This document shows positions 16,611 through 28,369 of a stretch of DNA of 32,000 nt, piece by piece. The position numbers and the translations under genes were made by a program. The stretch covers positions 600,001-632,000 of the forward strand of contig NC_010163.1 of the NCBI RefSeq assembly GCF_000018785.1, read 5' to 3'. Under the pieces are notes generated by a model. That model was given only the letters and a program-made list of their open reading frames with translations. It searched no databases and was not told the origin of the DNA. Each line of letters begins with the position of its first letter. Within the stretch, counting starts at the first letter, position 1. Source of the DNA: Acholeplasma laidlawii PG-8A (GTDB taxonomy: Bacteria > Bacillota_I > Bacilli_A > Acholeplasmatales > Acholeplasmataceae).

Positions 16611-16636
16611 AAAGGAATCGCTTAAGCAATTCCTTT
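16611..16636 (-). terminator. Terminator-like near-perfect palindrome for the reverse-strand repressor gene
   Basis: AAAGGAATCGCTTAAGCAATTCCTTT; on the reverse strand the stem runs into a T-rich tract. Confidence 0.6.
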
Positions 16637-16741
16637 AAAAGGATCTATCGTCAATTTGATCATATGACAACAACCGTCTGATTTACCAACATCAGTTTAT
16701 CACATTTGAAAAACCAAAACTATATGCTTAGTGCATAATCG

Positions 16742-17341
16742 TTAGAAGAAGTTTTCAATGACTAAATCTTTCTTAAGTGTTGAAGCATATACACCTTTAA
16801 AGATTAGATTTTCTGCGTTAGCTTTTGTAAAGTAAAGAGGTTCTTCATTGATGAAAAAGAAGCCCCCATGGTCTTTGTTAAAATATACTTTTGAAACATA
16901 GACTTTATCGTAGTACTCAAATAACATGACACGGTTCTTTTGATTCTTTTGAGTTCTCCAGAAGAAGTCGATTTCAAGATCGCTTTTCTTATATGCGATC
17001 ATATCGTCATTTATAGTCGATATAGTTAATTGCATTGATGGCACTATCTTGTCATCTATATGTTCAAAGGTTCTAAATGTTAGAGCCTTTTCGTTTCTAT
17101 TTGAATAGGGATTTCCGATAATGTCATCCACACGGACATTATAAAAACCTGACAGTGTAATGAGATCATGAATGCTAATTTCTCTAGCGCCAGATTCGTA
17201 GTTAACATAACCTTGTCTCGATTTACCGATTATTTGTGCAACTTGAACTGTAGATAAATTATTAGCAAGTCTGAGTCTTTTTAAATTTTCACTGATGAAA
17301 AGATTATTAAAATCATCATCTGATAATAGTTGATAGTTCAT
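16742..17341 (-). CDS. XRE-family (phage/element repressor-like) regulator
   Basis: NLKRLRLANNLSTVQVAQIIGKSRQGYVNYESGAREISIHDLITLSGFYNVRVDDIIGNP; divergent from 17578 gene. Confidence 0.85.
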   Translation of the reverse strand: MNYQLLSDDDFNNLFISENLKRLRLANNLSTVQVAQIIGKSRQGYVNYESGAREISIHDLITLSGFYNVRVDDIIGNPYSNRNEKALTFRTFEHIDDKIVPSMQLTISTINDDMIAYKKSDLEIDFFWRTQKNQKNRVMLFEYYDKVYVSKVYFNKDHGGFFFINEEPLYFTKANAENLIFKGVYASTLKKDLVIENFF

Positions 17342-17577
17342 TATTCACCTCTTTAATCTTTCTATTTACATTATAGAGCAACAAATGTGGCTTGGTCAAG
17401 ATATTTGCATACAATAATTAATACAGAGTGTATCAATTATAAGCAAACATAGGAAAGTTATAACTCTCTTTGTTGCAACTCATCAAAGAAATAGATAAGT
17501 CATTTTTTGAATGTTTTTCTTTACTTATAATCATAGGCACCAGGTGAAATATGCAAGAAAGGAGTAATAACTAACAA

Positions 17578-17889
17578 ATGTATGAAGAGGATTCTATGCA
17601 CTTAAATCAAAAATCACATGTGCCACTAGTCCGTGACTATCTTAAAGTTTATCGCAACAAAATGGGTTATTCAGCTGAGTATCTATCGAGAGAACTTGAC
17701 GTTTCTGCAGTTTATTACAGGCAAATTGAAGGGGGACAAAGAGGAAAAAGGCTACCTATTGAATTAGTCATTAAATTGATTATATTGCTTCATGTGGAAC
17801 CACTAGAATTTCTAAAAGCAGAAGCCTCGTATTTAAGTTCATATGAAGAGCTGAACGGCATCAAGAAATACAAAAAAATTAGATGGTAG
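17578..17889 (+). CDS. XRE-family HTH protein
   Basis: VRDYLKVYRNKMGYSAEYLSRELDVSAVYYRQIEGGQRGKRLPIELVIKLIILLHVEPLEFL. Confidence 0.75.
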   Translation: MYEEDSMHLNQKSHVPLVRDYLKVYRNKMGYSAEYLSRELDVSAVYYRQIEGGQRGKRLPIELVIKLIILLHVEPLEFLKAEASYLSSYEELNGIKKYKKIRW

Positions 17890-17958
17890 TATAAACGCCA
17901 TTTATCTTGTTTTTCAAAAAAACATAGAATCAAAAATTTGATACAGAAAGGTGAAAAG

Positions 17959-18891
17959 ATGTCATCAAAAGAAGGGTTTAGACAGCTTACAAAAAAGTAT
18001 CTAGATGATGCCGACGTAAGTTTGACGACTAAGCAATCCTATGAAAGGATCCTTCAGCAATTTGTCGAATATGCCAACACACTGTCTGATTTACCAACTC
18101 GCAGTGACATTATGGCTTATCGGGATCATCTTTTTAAACGCAAGCTAGAAGAAACGACCATTAAGTATCACCTGGTAGTGGTACGAAATTTCTACCGTTG
18201 GTATCACACAAACGGTCATGGAGCAAATCCATCGGAGGGGATTAAAAGTCCAAAGATTGAAAAGAAGTTTAAACGTGCGCATTTGTCTGAAAGTGAATCC
18301 AGACAGTTATTAAAACTGGCTCAAATCAATTCAGATAAAAATATCATTAAATACAGAGATTATGTTATGGTTTTACTTATGCTAACAACTGGTATGCGAA
18401 CTGTTGAAGTAGAACGTGCAGATGTTAGTGATTTAAATGTGATTGATGACGGTGAAATACTCTATGTTCATGGAAAAGGCAAAACATCGAAGAGTTCATT
18501 CGTTCGTCTCTCACCTTTAGTGAATAAAGCAATTGAAACATACATCATGAAAAGAAGCGACCAGTATGAACCATTATTTATTGACCATAAACCTAAGTAT
18601 TTAGGCCAAAGAATGAAAACCAGAAACATTAGACGTATTATCAAGGATCTACTTAGAGATATCGGATTTGATGATGATAAACACACAGCACATAGTTTAA
18701 GACATACAACTGCAACATTGGCAAGACAATATGGAGCAAACAAGGATGACACTCAAAAGATTATGCGTCATTCAGATCCTGCAACAACAGAGATTTATAT
18801 GCATGCGGAAATCAAAAGTCAGCATGTTTATGAACATGTTATTGCACAAAAGCTGCTCAATCAAGAAGAAGATGAAGACAAGAAAAACTGA
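17959..18891 (+). CDS. Tyrosine recombinase (XerC/D-like)
   Basis: SAM-like N-domain plus LLMLTTGMRTVEVERADVSD, HSLRHTTATLARQYG, IMRHSDPATTEIYMHAE catalytic box signatures; RBS supports 17959 start. Confidence 0.9.
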   Translation: MSSKEGFRQLTKKYLDDADVSLTTKQSYERILQQFVEYANTLSDLPTRSDIMAYRDHLFKRKLEETTIKYHLVVVRNFYRWYHTNGHGANPSEGIKSPKIEKKFKRAHLSESESRQLLKLAQINSDKNIIKYRDYVMVLLMLTTGMRTVEVERADVSDLNVIDDGEILYVHGKGKTSKSSFVRLSPLVNKAIETYIMKRSDQYEPLFIDHKPKYLGQRMKTRNIRRIIKDLLRDIGFDDDKHTAHSLRHTTATLARQYGANKDDTQKIMRHSDPATTEIYMHAEIKSQHVYEHVIAQKLLNQEEDEDKKN

Positions 18892-18913
18892 AAAAGAAAT
18901 GAAAGGATAAATT

Positions 18914-19660
18914 ATGATCAAAGAGTTTCACAACAACCGGTATGGGAAAGTTCGAACAGCGATTATTGATGATCAACCCTGTTTTAACTTGAAAGATTTA
19001 ACCCATATTTATGGTATTAAAAATATCAACGATTTTCGCTCTAGAATTCCATCAAATGCAGTTAAAACACTTGAGGTAAAAGACTCAAACGGAGCATCTA
19101 AGAATAAGTATTTCATAATCGCTGACTATTTAAGTAGTTGTATGTTTCAATCTACCAAAACTGATGCTGAAGCAATCAGTGATTGGTTATACCGTACTGT
19201 ATTGCCAAATCTGATTAAATACCAAAAATATAAAGTCGATGAATTTAAGGATCCAGATGTGGCATTATCTTTTTTAGAGGAGTTTGAGGATTTAAGAGTT
19301 AGACACAGTGTTGTTGAAACACAGCTCAAACTCAATGCACCAAAAATTAAATATATTGATAGACTTTTAGGGACCGGAAGTGCTACTGATTTGGATATGG
19401 TTCATGAAGTCATTAAGTATCATGGACTAAAAAGTACAGAGCTCTTAAAAATACTTAGAGCTAAGCGAATCCTAGATGATTCCAATGTGCCACATCAGGA
19501 GTATTGTGATAAGAAGTATTTCAGAGTTGTTGAAGCCAAAGTTGTGAGTGAAGGAAGTACAGTCACATCACAAAGAACCTATGTATACCGAAGTGGTATT
19601 ACATTTATTGAACGCATACTAAAAGAATACCAGGGAGCAAAAGATGATAAACGAAACTAA
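18914..19660 (+). CDS. Phage antirepressor-like protein (BRO-N-type N-terminus, KilAC-like C-terminus)
   Basis: VRTAIIDDQPCFNLKDLTHIYGIKNINDFRSRIP... ISDWLYRTVLPNLIKY... Confidence 0.7.
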   Translation: MIKEFHNNRYGKVRTAIIDDQPCFNLKDLTHIYGIKNINDFRSRIPSNAVKTLEVKDSNGASKNKYFIIADYLSSCMFQSTKTDAEAISDWLYRTVLPNLIKYQKYKVDEFKDPDVALSFLEEFEDLRVRHSVVETQLKLNAPKIKYIDRLLGTGSATDLDMVHEVIKYHGLKSTELLKILRAKRILDDSNVPHQEYCDKKYFRVVEAKVVSEGSTVTSQRTYVYRSGITFIERILKEYQGAKDDKRN

Positions 19661-19856
19661 GCGTCAAGAACCAACGCGAGATTATTACAAATTAGAAGAA
19701 GTTGCAGACATATTAAGAGTATCAAGAAGAACGTTATCAACCTATATCAAAAAAGGAAAACTACACGCATTTAAGATTGGACCAGGGTGGAGAGTATCAA
19801 AAGAAAATCTCGTAAAATTTATTGATGAGCTTCATAAAACAAGCAAAAATAAATAA
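19644..19856 (+). CDS. Excisionase/MerR-like HTH_17 DNA-binding protein
   Basis: DYYKLEEVADILRVSRRTLSTYIKKGKLHAFKIGPGWRVSKENLVKFIDE. Confidence 0.8.
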   Translation: MINETKRQEPTRDYYKLEEVADILRVSRRTLSTYIKKGKLHAFKIGPGWRVSKENLVKFIDELHKTSKNK

Positions 19857-19859
19857 TGA

Positions 19860-19904
19860 TTTATTACGCCGATAATGTGTGTATCAGGGCTATGAAAATG
19901 GAAA
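19860..19904 (+). repeat. 45-bp imperfect repeat copy A (TTTATTACGCCGATAATGTGTGTAT...AAAATGGAAA)
   Basis: 39/45 identical to 28370-28414. Confidence 0.8.
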
Positions 19905-19935
19905 ATGCAGGAAACAAAAGATAATGACATACAGA

Positions 19936-19976
19936 AGCATGCTACAGATAGAAAACCCGAAATAGCATGCTTTTTG
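19936..19976 (+). terminator. Terminator-like hairpin AGCATGCTA...TAGCATGCT followed by TTTTG
   Basis: 9-bp perfect stem. Confidence 0.65.
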
Positions 19977-19997
19977 TAATGCGAAAGGACTAAAATT

Positions 19998-20921
19998 ATG
20001 GCACGACCTTTTAAGATGGGACTGCAGTACTTCCCGCTTGATGTGAATTTTTTTGAAGACGAGAAGATAACGGATTTAAATTTAATGTATGGAGTCATGG
20101 GCGAGATGGTGTACATCCGCCTTTTAACCATGATTTATGCACATGGGTATTATTTAGAAATGACAACTGAGCAAGCAGCAAAAACCCTTATTAAGAGTAT
20201 TGGTAATGCCTGGGCTCCTAGTGTAAATGATATTGAGAAAATAATCCTAAGGGCAGGTTTTAACGGGCTGTTTGATAAAGAACTACTTAGTGTCGGTGTG
20301 TTCACTTCAAAAGCGATACAGCGGCAGTTTACGCTTTCTACAAGGCGAAGACGTGGGATTGAACATCAAAAGTATTGGTTATTAGATCAAAATACAATGC
20401 TTGAATTAAATAATTTCTATAAAAAAACGCCACAAGTTAATGTTGACAATAACAGTAGTTCAACCGCAGTTATTGATAACGATAATCATACTTCAAATGA
20501 GGTTATTGATAGCAATAATGACACTTCAACTAAGGTTATTGAATACAAAAGTACACAAAAAGAAAAAGAAAAGAAAAAAGAAAGAGATAAAGAGGATAAA
20601 AAGGATAAAGGGGTATATTCACTTCCTAATTATCATTACATCACAAAAGCAATTATAAGAAGCCAATACATAGAGGGTGGAACTTTAGAAGTCGGTAAAT
20701 ACAATAAGCTCTTTGATGAAGCAGTGTCAATTTATGGATTTGATGATGTCTTAGCAGCAACAGACTATATTGTTAGTTATTCAAAACGAGCTGAAATTGC
20801 CATTGATGATAAGTTTAGCTTTATGCGTAAGTCTTTAATGAATAATCTCGAGATGTTCCAGCGAAGAAGGGAGAATAGCCATGAATCAATCGAAGACTGG
20901 TTTAAACGACTCGTTTTATAA
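19998..20921 (+). CDS. Phage replisome organiser-like protein (Lin1244/Lin1753-type N-terminus, DnaD-like)
   Basis: MARPFKMGLQYFPLDVNFFEDEKITDLNLMYGVMGEMVYIRLLTMIYAHGYYLEM. Confidence 0.75.
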   Translation: MARPFKMGLQYFPLDVNFFEDEKITDLNLMYGVMGEMVYIRLLTMIYAHGYYLEMTTEQAAKTLIKSIGNAWAPSVNDIEKIILRAGFNGLFDKELLSVGVFTSKAIQRQFTLSTRRRRGIEHQKYWLLDQNTMLELNNFYKKTPQVNVDNNSSSTAVIDNDNHTSNEVIDSNNDTSTKVIEYKSTQKEKEKKKERDKEDKKDKGVYSLPNYHYITKAIIRSQYIEGGTLEVGKYNKLFDEAVSIYGFDDVLAATDYIVSYSKRAEIAIDDKFSFMRKSLMNNLEMFQRRRENSHESIEDWFKRLVL

Positions 20922-21327
20922 ATGGATAGATCAAGTAAGGCGATCTAAAAGTAAACTCCCTGAGTTACATGAAAAACTTGATTATTACAAAGTTAAACTC
21001 ATAGGATATCATGGTATCTCATACGATCAAATTGGATCAGGTACTTCAGATAAGAAGGGTGATGAGAATCTTCTTTATTGGATAGATAAGATTAATCAGG
21101 TTGAAGATGAAATAAACAAAACTAATGAAGTAATCATGAAATATCAAGATTTTAAGCACTTACTTAAAGAGGAGCAAAAGATTATTCTTGATTCACAAAT
21201 AGATAGAAGTAATGTGTTAGTAATTCTTAAAGAATTAGGGCTAAAAAGGAGTTCATATAATCAAAAAAAGGAAGAAGTCATTAGATTGTGGTTGGTTTAT
21301 AATAATAAAGGGTTTTCTCAAAACTGA
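20881..21327 (+). CDS. Phage-type regulatory protein (sigma-like/ArpU-like C-terminus), uncertain
   Basis: EEQKIILDSQIDRSNVLVILKELGLKRSSYNQKKEEVIRLW HTH-like C-terminus. Confidence 0.5.
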   Translation: MNQSKTGLNDSFYKWIDQVRRSKSKLPELHEKLDYYKVKLIGYHGISYDQIGSGTSDKKGDENLLYWIDKINQVEDEINKTNEVIMKYQDFKHLLKEEQKIILDSQIDRSNVLVILKELGLKRSSYNQKKEEVIRLWLVYNNKGFSQN

Positions 21328-21422
21328 CACAAGATAGCCTTTAATTGCAATAAGATGTCGTTTTTTGCATATAAATAGTGTATAATATTTAAAATAGAAC
21401 ATTTAATGAATGGGGAGAAAAT

Positions 21423-22910
21423 ATGGCTGATTTACAATTAGGATTCGAAGATAAGCTATGGCAAATGGCTGATAAGCTTAGAGGTAATATCGAATCATCA
21501 GAATATAAGCACGTGATATTAGGTCTTGTGTTCCTTAAATACATTTCAGATTCATTTACAGAACGTTATGAAGAAATAAAAGCAAATTATCCAGGTATGG
21601 AAGAAGATAGAGATGCATATGAATCAGAAAATGTGTTTTTCGTACCTAAAGATGCTAGATGGGAATATATCAAATCTCAAGCGAAACAATCAACCATCGG
21701 ACAGATTATTGATAATGCAATGGTTCAAATAGAAAAAGAAAATGCATCACTAAAAGGTGTATTACCTAAAAACTATGCAAGACCAGAACTAGATAAGACT
21801 CGACTAGGTGAACTTATTGATCTATTCTCATTTAATGTAGGGTCTAAAGAAGCAAGAGCAAAAGATGTACTTGGAAGAGTCTATGAGTATTTTCTTAAAA
21901 AGTTTGGAACAACTGAAGGTGAATTCTATACACCACCAGCAATTGTAAAATTACTTGTAAACATGATTGAACCATATAACGGTAGAGTTTATGACCCTTG
22001 TTGTGGTTCTGGAGGTATGTTTGTACAATCCGCTAAATTCGTTGAAGAACATGCTGGTAAAATTGGGAATATTTCTATCTATGGCCAAGAATATGTTGCA
22101 ACCACATGGCGTTTAGCAAAGATGAATCTAGCTATTCGAGGAATTGATGCAAACCTTGGTGAAAGAGATGGGGATACTTTTACTAACGATCAACACAAAA
22201 CATTAAGAGCTGATTATATCCTTGCAAACCCACCATTTAACATTAAAGATTGGGGACAACAGCACTTAATCGGAGATAGTAGATGGCAATGGGGAACACC
22301 TCCGGCGACTAATGCTAACTACGCTTGGATATCACATATGATTTCAAAACTAAGCCCAAGAGGTATTGCGGGTTTTGTTTTAGCAAATGGATCATTATCT
22401 ACTTCAAGAAGTGAAGAATATGAAATTAGAAAAAAGATACTTGAAGAAGGATTAGTTGATTGTATCGTAGCAATGCCATCACAACTTTTCTATGATGTAT
22501 CAATTCCAGTATCATTATGGTTTGTTTCAAAAAATAAAAATGGTAGAAAAGATAAAGTCTTATTCATTGATGCTCGTAAGATGGGGTATATGGAAACCAG
22601 AAAGCATAGAGAACTTACTGATGAAGAAAGTGAGAAGATCTATTCAACCTACCATGCATGGAGAGATGATAAGGATTATCAAGATATTGATGGGTTCTGT
22701 AAATCTGCAACACTTGAAGAAATTAGATCACATGATTATGTTTTAACACCAGGTAGATATGTTGGTATAGAAGAAGTTGAAGATGATGGTATTCCATTTG
22801 AAGAAAAGATGGAAAAACTGACTTTAGAATTATCTGAGTTATTTGAAGAATCTAAATCTCTTGAGGAAAAGATCAAAGAGAACTTAAGAGGTATCGGGTA
22901 TGAGCTTTGA
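21423..22910 (+). CDS. hsdM: Type I restriction-modification methyltransferase subunit
   Basis: [36 protein letters not shown] and NPPFN motif. Confidence 0.95.
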   Translation: MADLQLGFEDKLWQMADKLRGNIESSEYKHVILGLVFLKYISDSFTERYEEIKANYPGMEEDRDAYESENVFFVPKDARWEYIKSQAKQSTIGQIIDNAMVQIEKENASLKGVLPKNYARPELDKTRLGELIDLFSFNVGSKEARAKDVLGRVYEYFLKKFGTTEGEFYTPPAIVKLLVNMIEPYNGRVYDPCCGSGGMFVQSAKFVEEHAGKIGNISIYGQEYVATTWRLAKMNLAIRGIDANLGERDGDTFTNDQHKTLRADYILANPPFNIKDWGQQHLIGDSRWQWGTPPATNANYAWISHMISKLSPRGIAGFVLANGSLSTSRSEEYEIRKKILEEGLVDCIVAMPSQLFYDVSIPVSLWFVSKNKNGRKDKVLFIDARKMGYMETRKHRELTDEESEKIYSTYHAWRDDKDYQDIDGFCKSATLEEIRSHDYVLTPGRYVGIEEVEDDGIPFEEKMEKLTLELSELFEESKSLEEKIKENLRGIGYEL

Positions 22911-24159
22911 TCAATGGAGTAAAGTCAATTTGGTGGATTGTCTCGACAAATTGATTGATTATAGAGGTAAAACACCAGCAAAATCAGAAAAAGGGATATT
23001 AACGTTAAGTGCAAAATCAGTTAAAAACAGTAACATAGATTACAGTGAGGCATACACTATTTCAGAAGATGAATATAAAAAGTTTATGGTTAGAGGAATT
23101 CCCGTCAAAGGGGATATTCTAATAACAACTGAAGCACCAATGGGACAGGTTGCAAAACTAGATAGAGATGGAGTAGCAGTTGCACAAAGATTGTTGACAT
23201 TAAGACCAAATCCCAAGATTCTAGACAATGATTATTTGTTATATTATTTGCAATCACCTATAGGACAAGCAGAACTTAAGGCTAGAGAAAGTGGGTCAAC
23301 AGTAACTGGTATTAAGCAGGCAGAGTTTAGAAAGATTAACATTATTCTTCCTCCACTTAGTGAACAAAAAGTAATAGCAAACATCCTCTCATCTCTTGAT
23401 GACAAAATAGAACTCAACAACAAAATCAATAAAAACCTTGAAGAATTAGCACAAACACTCTACAAGAGATGGTTTGTGGATTTTGATTTTCCTAATGAAG
23501 AGGGAGAATCCTACAAATCCAGCGGTGGGGAAATGGTTGAAAGTGAATTAGGATTGATTCCTAAAGGATGGAAAGTGGAATCAATTGGACGAAGCTCAAT
23601 CTCAAAACTTATTAGTTCAGGTATTAATGAATTTAATGGGACAAAAAAATATATTGCAACAGCGGATGTTACAAACCTTTCAATAAGATCATTCGTTACT
23701 GAGATAGATTTCAAGAAGCGACCATCTAGAGCTAACATGCAGCCCATAGCTGGGAGTCTATGGTTTGCAAAAATGAAGGATTCAAGAAAAATGATTAGAG
23801 TATCTAAGAGTAGTAGTTATCTAATCGATAAGTGTATTTTCTCAACGGGTTTCGCAGGATTATTCGCTCCGAAATATTCAAATTACATTTGGACAATTTT
23901 AACTACTAAAGATTTTGATGATACAAAAAATAATCTATGCAATGGAACAACAATGCAAGCAATAAATAATGAGAATATTAATAGGATCAGAATTCTAATT
24001 CCTGATAACAAAACACTTGACTTATTTGAAAGTGTATCAGAACCTATTTTTGAGAAAATACAGTTTAATGAAATCGAAAGTAATAAATTGTCAAAGATTC
24101 GTGATGAATTACTACCCAAACTAATGAATGGTGAAATCGAAGTACCAATTGAGGAGTGA
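22900..24159 (+). CDS. hsdS: Type I restriction-modification specificity subunit
   Basis: Two TRD architecture with conserved [49 protein letters not shown]. Confidence 0.93.
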   Translation: MSFDQWSKVNLVDCLDKLIDYRGKTPAKSEKGILTLSAKSVKNSNIDYSEAYTISEDEYKKFMVRGIPVKGDILITTEAPMGQVAKLDRDGVAVAQRLLTLRPNPKILDNDYLLYYLQSPIGQAELKARESGSTVTGIKQAEFRKINIILPPLSEQKVIANILSSLDDKIELNNKINKNLEELAQTLYKRWFVDFDFPNEEGESYKSSGGEMVESELGLIPKGWKVESIGRSSISKLISSGINEFNGTKKYIATADVTNLSIRSFVTEIDFKKRPSRANMQPIAGSLWFAKMKDSRKMIRVSKSSSYLIDKCIFSTGFAGLFAPKYSNYIWTILTTKDFDDTKNNLCNGTTMQAINNENINRIRILIPDNKTLDLFESVSEPIFEKIQFNEIESNKLSKIRDELLPKLMNGEIEVPIEE

Positions 24160-24163
24160 TGTT

Positions 24164-27100
24164 ATGGCTGTTAAAGTATTCTTTGAATCTGATGTAGAAG
24201 AAGCTACATTAGAATGGTTTCAGGAACTAGGATATCAAACTGAGTTTGGTCCTAATATTGCTCCTGAAGGACCATATCCAGAAAGAGCATCCTACACTGA
24301 TGTCATATTGATTGAGCGATTAAAAGAATCGCTTTTTCGCTTGAATAAATCACTTCCTAAATCAGCTATTGAAGATGCTATAAGACAAATAACGATTCCA
24401 AAACAAATAGCTCTTATTGAAAATAATAGAACTTTTCATAAGATGATCACTGATGGTGTTGATGTTTCATATCACGATCAAACTGGAAGACTGGTACACT
24501 CTCAAGTTAGAATCTTTGATTTCAATGAACCTACAAATAACGACTATTTAGTTGTTAATCAATTTACTGTTGTTGAAAGTAGAGTTGAAAAAAGACCAGA
24601 CGTTGTTGTTTTTGTCAATGGACTACCTTTAGTAGTATTTGAACTGAAAACAGCATCCGATGAAAACGTATCAATTAAATCCGCTTTTAGACAAGTTAAA
24701 AACTACCAACAGTCAATTAGTAGTTTATTTGTCTATAATTCGTTTAACGTCATTAGTGATGGCTTACATGCTAAAGCAGGTACGATTACATCCGATGAAG
24801 ATCGCTTTATGACTTGGCGTACAACAGATGGTAAAGAAATCGCACCAACAACGATCCCTCAACTAGAAACACTGATTAAAGGTATGTTTGATAAGAAGCG
24901 ATTCTTAGATATCATTAAGCAATACGTTTTATTCCAAAAACATGAATCAGGTTATATTAAAATTCTTGCTGGGTATCACCAATATCACGCAGTTAATACT
25001 GCGTTAGAGAAAACCTATGAAGCTACATCTGCACATGGTGATAGACGTATTGGGGTCATATGGCATACCCAAGGTAGTGGTAAATCACTTTCGATGGTTT
25101 TTTATGCAGGAAAACTGGTTATCTCACAAGAGCTATCTAATCCAACTATTGTTATTATCACAGATAGAAATGACCTAGACGATCAACTATTTCTAACGTT
25201 CTCTAAATCGAGTGATTTATTAAGAAGTATTCCAGATCAAGCAGCATCAAGAGAACATTTAAAAGAGTTACTAAATGGTAGAGACTCAGGTGGCATTATT
25301 TTTACTACGATCCAAAAGTTTTCACCTGATGATAATGGAAATGTAACGGCATTAACCAATAGAAAAAATGTCATCGTCTTAGCTGATGAAGCACATCGAA
25401 GCCAATATGGATTTAGTGCTAAAGTTGTTAAATCTCAAGATGAAGCTTTTGAAAAATATGGTTATGCAAAATACCTAAGAGATTCATTACCCAATGCATC
25501 ATACATTGGTTTTACGGGTACACCCATTGAAACCACAGATAAGAATACAAGAGCTGTTTTTGGTGATTATATCGATATTTACGATATGTCACGAGCAGTT
25601 GAAGATAAAACAACCGTTAAGATATTTTATGAAAGTAGAATTGCTCAAATCGACTTTACAGAAGAATATGATTTGATTGATGAAAACTATGATGAAATCA
25701 CAGAATATCAAGAAGAAACCCAAAAAGAAGGATTAAAACGCAAGTGGGCAAGACTTGAAGCAATTGTTGGATCAGAGTCAAGAATCAAGACAGTTGCTAA
25801 AGATATAGTTGAACACTTCGAAAAAAGACAAGCAACCATGGAAACGCCAGTCGGTAAAGCTATGATTGTTGCGATGTCAAGAAGAATAGCAGTTGAACTC
25901 TATGAAGCCATTGTTAAACTAAGACCAGAGTGGCATTCAGATGATGTCTTAAAAGGGAAAATCAAAGTAGTTATGACTGGATCATCAAGTGATCCTGAAT
26001 CATGGCAAAAACATATAGGCACTAAGCAAACAAGAGAAACACTATCAGAAAGAATGAAAGATAATAATGATGAGCTTGAATTAGTCATTGTTAGAGATAT
26101 GTGGTTAACTGGATTTGATGTCCCAAGTATGCATACCATGTATGTCGATAAACCAATGCAGGGACACAACCTCATGCAAGCCATCGCAAGAGTTAACCGA
26201 GTATTCAAAGAGAAACAAGGCGGACTTGTTGTTGACTATATTGGTATAGCTGACCGATTAAAGAAAGCATTAATGCAATATACAGATAATGATAGAGAAC
26301 AAGTAGGTGTAGATACTGCGCTTGCAGTATCAGTCATGTTAGAAAAGTTAGATATTGTAAGAGATATTTTGCATCAACATGATTATTCAAAATACTTTGG
26401 TGATCGGTATAGTGAAAAACTCCAAGTGATTATGGAGACAATTGATTTTGTTATCGGATTAAGAGAAGAAAGAAAAAATGACTTCTTAAAATTTGTTTCA
26501 GAGCTTTCTAAAGCCTATTCACTATGTTCAACTACAGAAGAAGCAGAAAAACACAATGTTGAAATTGGGTTCTTTAAGTCTGTAAGGGCAGGTATTATTA
26601 AACTATCAACTGATACAAGTAAAAAGAAATCTGTCGATCAACTAGATTCAGAACTCAATCAACTGATTTCTAAATCACTTAAATCAGATAAAGTGATTGA
26701 CATCATGGCAGAAATCGGATTATCAAAACCAGATATCTCAATCCTTTCTGACGAGTTCTTAGAAGAATTTAATAAGATGAATCATAAGAATGTTGCCATT
26801 GAACTGTTAAAGCGTCTCATTAAAGGTAAACTTAAAATGATTGCTAGAAAGACGATTGTTCAATCTAGACAGTTTTCAGAACTTTTAGAAGATGCTCTTG
26901 CTAAATATCAAGCTAGATTAATAGATTCTACCGTTGTTATTCAAGAACTAATAGAACTAGCAAAAGATATTACAAAAGCTGCAGAATCAGGAAAAGAGTC
27001 TGGTTTAACTGAGGATGAGTTTGCATTCTATGAAGCATTGTCATCAAACATGACAGCAAAAGAAGTCATGGGAACAGATATCTTAAAAGAAATTGCTAAA

Positions 27101-27307
27101 GAGCTAACTAAAAAGATAAAATCAAGTACTACAATTGATTGGAATATCAGAGATTCTGTAAGAGCAAAGATTAGATTTGAAATCAAAGTCTTACTAAAGA
27201 AATATAACTATCCACCAGATGATCCAAAGGATCCAAATAACTATGATAAATCAGTCCAATTGATAATGGAACAAACTGAACTTGTTTGTGAAAATGAATC
27301 TAGATAG
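24164..27307 (+). CDS. hsdR: Type I restriction endonuclease subunit
   Basis: [19 protein letters not shown] nuclease core, [28 protein letters not shown] helicase motifs; RBS gaggagtg supports 24164 start. Confidence 0.95.
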   Translation: MAVKVFFESDVEEATLEWFQELGYQTEFGPNIAPEGPYPERASYTDVILIERLKESLFRLNKSLPKSAIEDAIRQITIPKQIALIENNRTFHKMITDGVDVSYHDQTGRLVHSQVRIFDFNEPTNNDYLVVNQFTVVESRVEKRPDVVVFVNGLPLVVFELKTASDENVSIKSAFRQVKNYQQSISSLFVYNSFNVISDGLHAKAGTITSDEDRFMTWRTTDGKEIAPTTIPQLETLIKGMFDKKRFLDIIKQYVLFQKHESGYIKILAGYHQYHAVNTALEKTYEATSAHGDRRIGVIWHTQGSGKSLSMVFYAGKLVISQELSNPTIVIITDRNDLDDQLFLTFSKSSDLLRSIPDQAASREHLKELLNGRDSGGIIFTTIQKFSPDDNGNVTALTNRKNVIVLADEAHRSQYGFSAKVVKSQDEAFEKYGYAKYLRDSLPNASYIGFTGTPIETTDKNTRAVFGDYIDIYDMSRAVEDKTTVKIFYESRIAQIDFTEEYDLIDENYDEITEYQEETQKEGLKRKWARLEAIVGSESRIKTVAKDIVEHFEKRQATMETPVGKAMIVAMSRRIAVELYEAIVKLRPEWHSDDVLKGKIKVVMTGSSSDPESWQKHIGTKQTRETLSERMKDNNDELELVIVRDMWLTGFDVPSMHTMYVDKPMQGHNLMQAIARVNRVFKEKQGGLVVDYIGIADRLKKALMQYTDNDREQVGVDTALAVSVMLEKLDIVRDILHQHDYSKYFGDRYSEKLQVIMETIDFVIGLREERKNDFLKFVSELSKAYSLCSTTEEAEKHNVEIGFFKSVRAGIIKLSTDTSKKKSVDQLDSELNQLISKSLKSDKVIDIMAEIGLSKPDISILSDEFLEEFNKMNHKNVAIELLKRLIKGKLKMIARKTIVQSRQFSELLEDALAKYQARLIDSTVVIQELIELAKDITKAAESGKESGLTEDEFAFYEALSSNMTAKEVMGTDILKEIAKELTKKIKSSTTIDWNIRDSVRAKIRFEIKVLLKKYNYPPDDPKDPNNYDKSVQLIMEQTELVCENESR

Positions 27308-27376
27308 TATAAACTTGCAAGGAAGCATTAAACAAACCAGCAAACAATATATCCAAGGTATTTTTAGGAGGGCTTT

Positions 27377-28363
27377 ATGTACAATCTAAAAAGTAAAAAA
27401 GCAACAAAAATTGAAAAGGTAACTTTCTCGGATTTAGGACTACTGGAAAGCGATATTGAAGAAGTTCTTAGAACAAATATAGATATGGTTTGTGATGATG
27501 AAGAGTCCTTGCTCATTATTGGTAGACAAGTTAAAAATGAAAAGAATGGTCGAAGTGACTTAACGGCAATTGATAATAATGGATCTGTGGTATTAATCGA
27601 AATTAAACGTGATAGAAAAGATATCGAAGGCAGAAAAGAAGCTTTTGAATTTCAAGCAATCAGGTATGCTGCTAGTTATGCAACTATAAAATCTGTAGAA
27701 GAATTAGTGAAAATTGTCTATGCTCCTTATATTGAAAAATATAAAGAAGAATTTACACTAAATGAACTAACATCATACGAACTTGGACTTAGAAAAATAA
27801 AAGAGTTTTTGAAAGTTAATAATGCCATAGACAAGTTCAATGAAAATCAACGAATTATATTAGTTGCTTCTGAGTTTGACGAACAGACTTTGTCAGCAGT
27901 TGCTTGGCTCAATAAAAACAAAGTCGATATGAGTTGTTTTAAGCTAATTCCGTATAAATTAGGTTCGGAGATTTATTTGGATACAGAAAAATTATTACCT
28001 GTGGCAAATTATGATGATTTCTACGTGAACTTGCTTGATAAATCAGAACCAGCTCAAAGAGTTTCAAAAGGAATAACGAGAAGAGCATTACCTAAAATTG
28101 ACACAATGCTTACATGGGGTGTTGTTAAAGCAGGCGATATTATACGAGCAAAAGATAGAGAAGATGAAGCTATTCTTCTGAAAAATGGGAATGTTAAAGT
28201 AGATGGTAAAGAGTTATCAATGCAAGTATGGCTTAAAAATCTTTACGGATGGTCAAGTATTCAGACATATGTCTTTGCAATACATAAAGAAAGCAATAAA
28301 ACATTGTCTGAAATTAGAGAAGAATACATGATTGAACAAGAATTGAAAGAAATTCAAGAATAA
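27377..28363 (+). CDS. PD-(D/E)XK (NucS/DUF91-like) nuclease-domain protein
   Basis: FSDLGLLESDIEEVLRTNIDMV...GRSDLTAIDNNGSVVLIEIKRDRKDIEGRKEAFEFQAIRYAASYA. Confidence 0.7.
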   Translation: MYNLKSKKATKIEKVTFSDLGLLESDIEEVLRTNIDMVCDDEESLLIIGRQVKNEKNGRSDLTAIDNNGSVVLIEIKRDRKDIEGRKEAFEFQAIRYAASYATIKSVEELVKIVYAPYIEKYKEEFTLNELTSYELGLRKIKEFLKVNNAIDKFNENQRIILVASEFDEQTLSAVAWLNKNKVDMSCFKLIPYKLGSEIYLDTEKLLPVANYDDFYVNLLDKSEPAQRVSKGITRRALPKIDTMLTWGVVKAGDIIRAKDREDEAILLKNGNVKVDGKELSMQVWLKNLYGWSSIQTYVFAIHKESNKTLSEIREEYMIEQELKEIQE

Positions 28364-28369
28364 TTTTAT

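Noticed and set aside
19147-20131. Reverse-strand ORFs 19147..19335 and 19832..20131 and forward ORF 20440..20658
   Set aside because: Overlap well-supported genes in other frames or cross the terminator/repeat region; no support.
21365-21386. Sigma-A promoter TTGCAT...TATAAT upstream of hsdM
   Set aside because: -10-like TATAAT is good but spacing to TTGCAT is only 10 nt; not reported as a feature.
23040-24119. Reverse-strand ORFs 23040..23228, 23244..23429, 23511..23747, 23883..24119
   Set aside because: Antisense to hsdS, which has continuous conserved protein sequence.
25494-26208. ORFs 25494..25676 (+) and 25900..26208 (-) within hsdR
   Set aside because: Overlap conserved helicase motifs of HsdR in other frames; treated as spurious.
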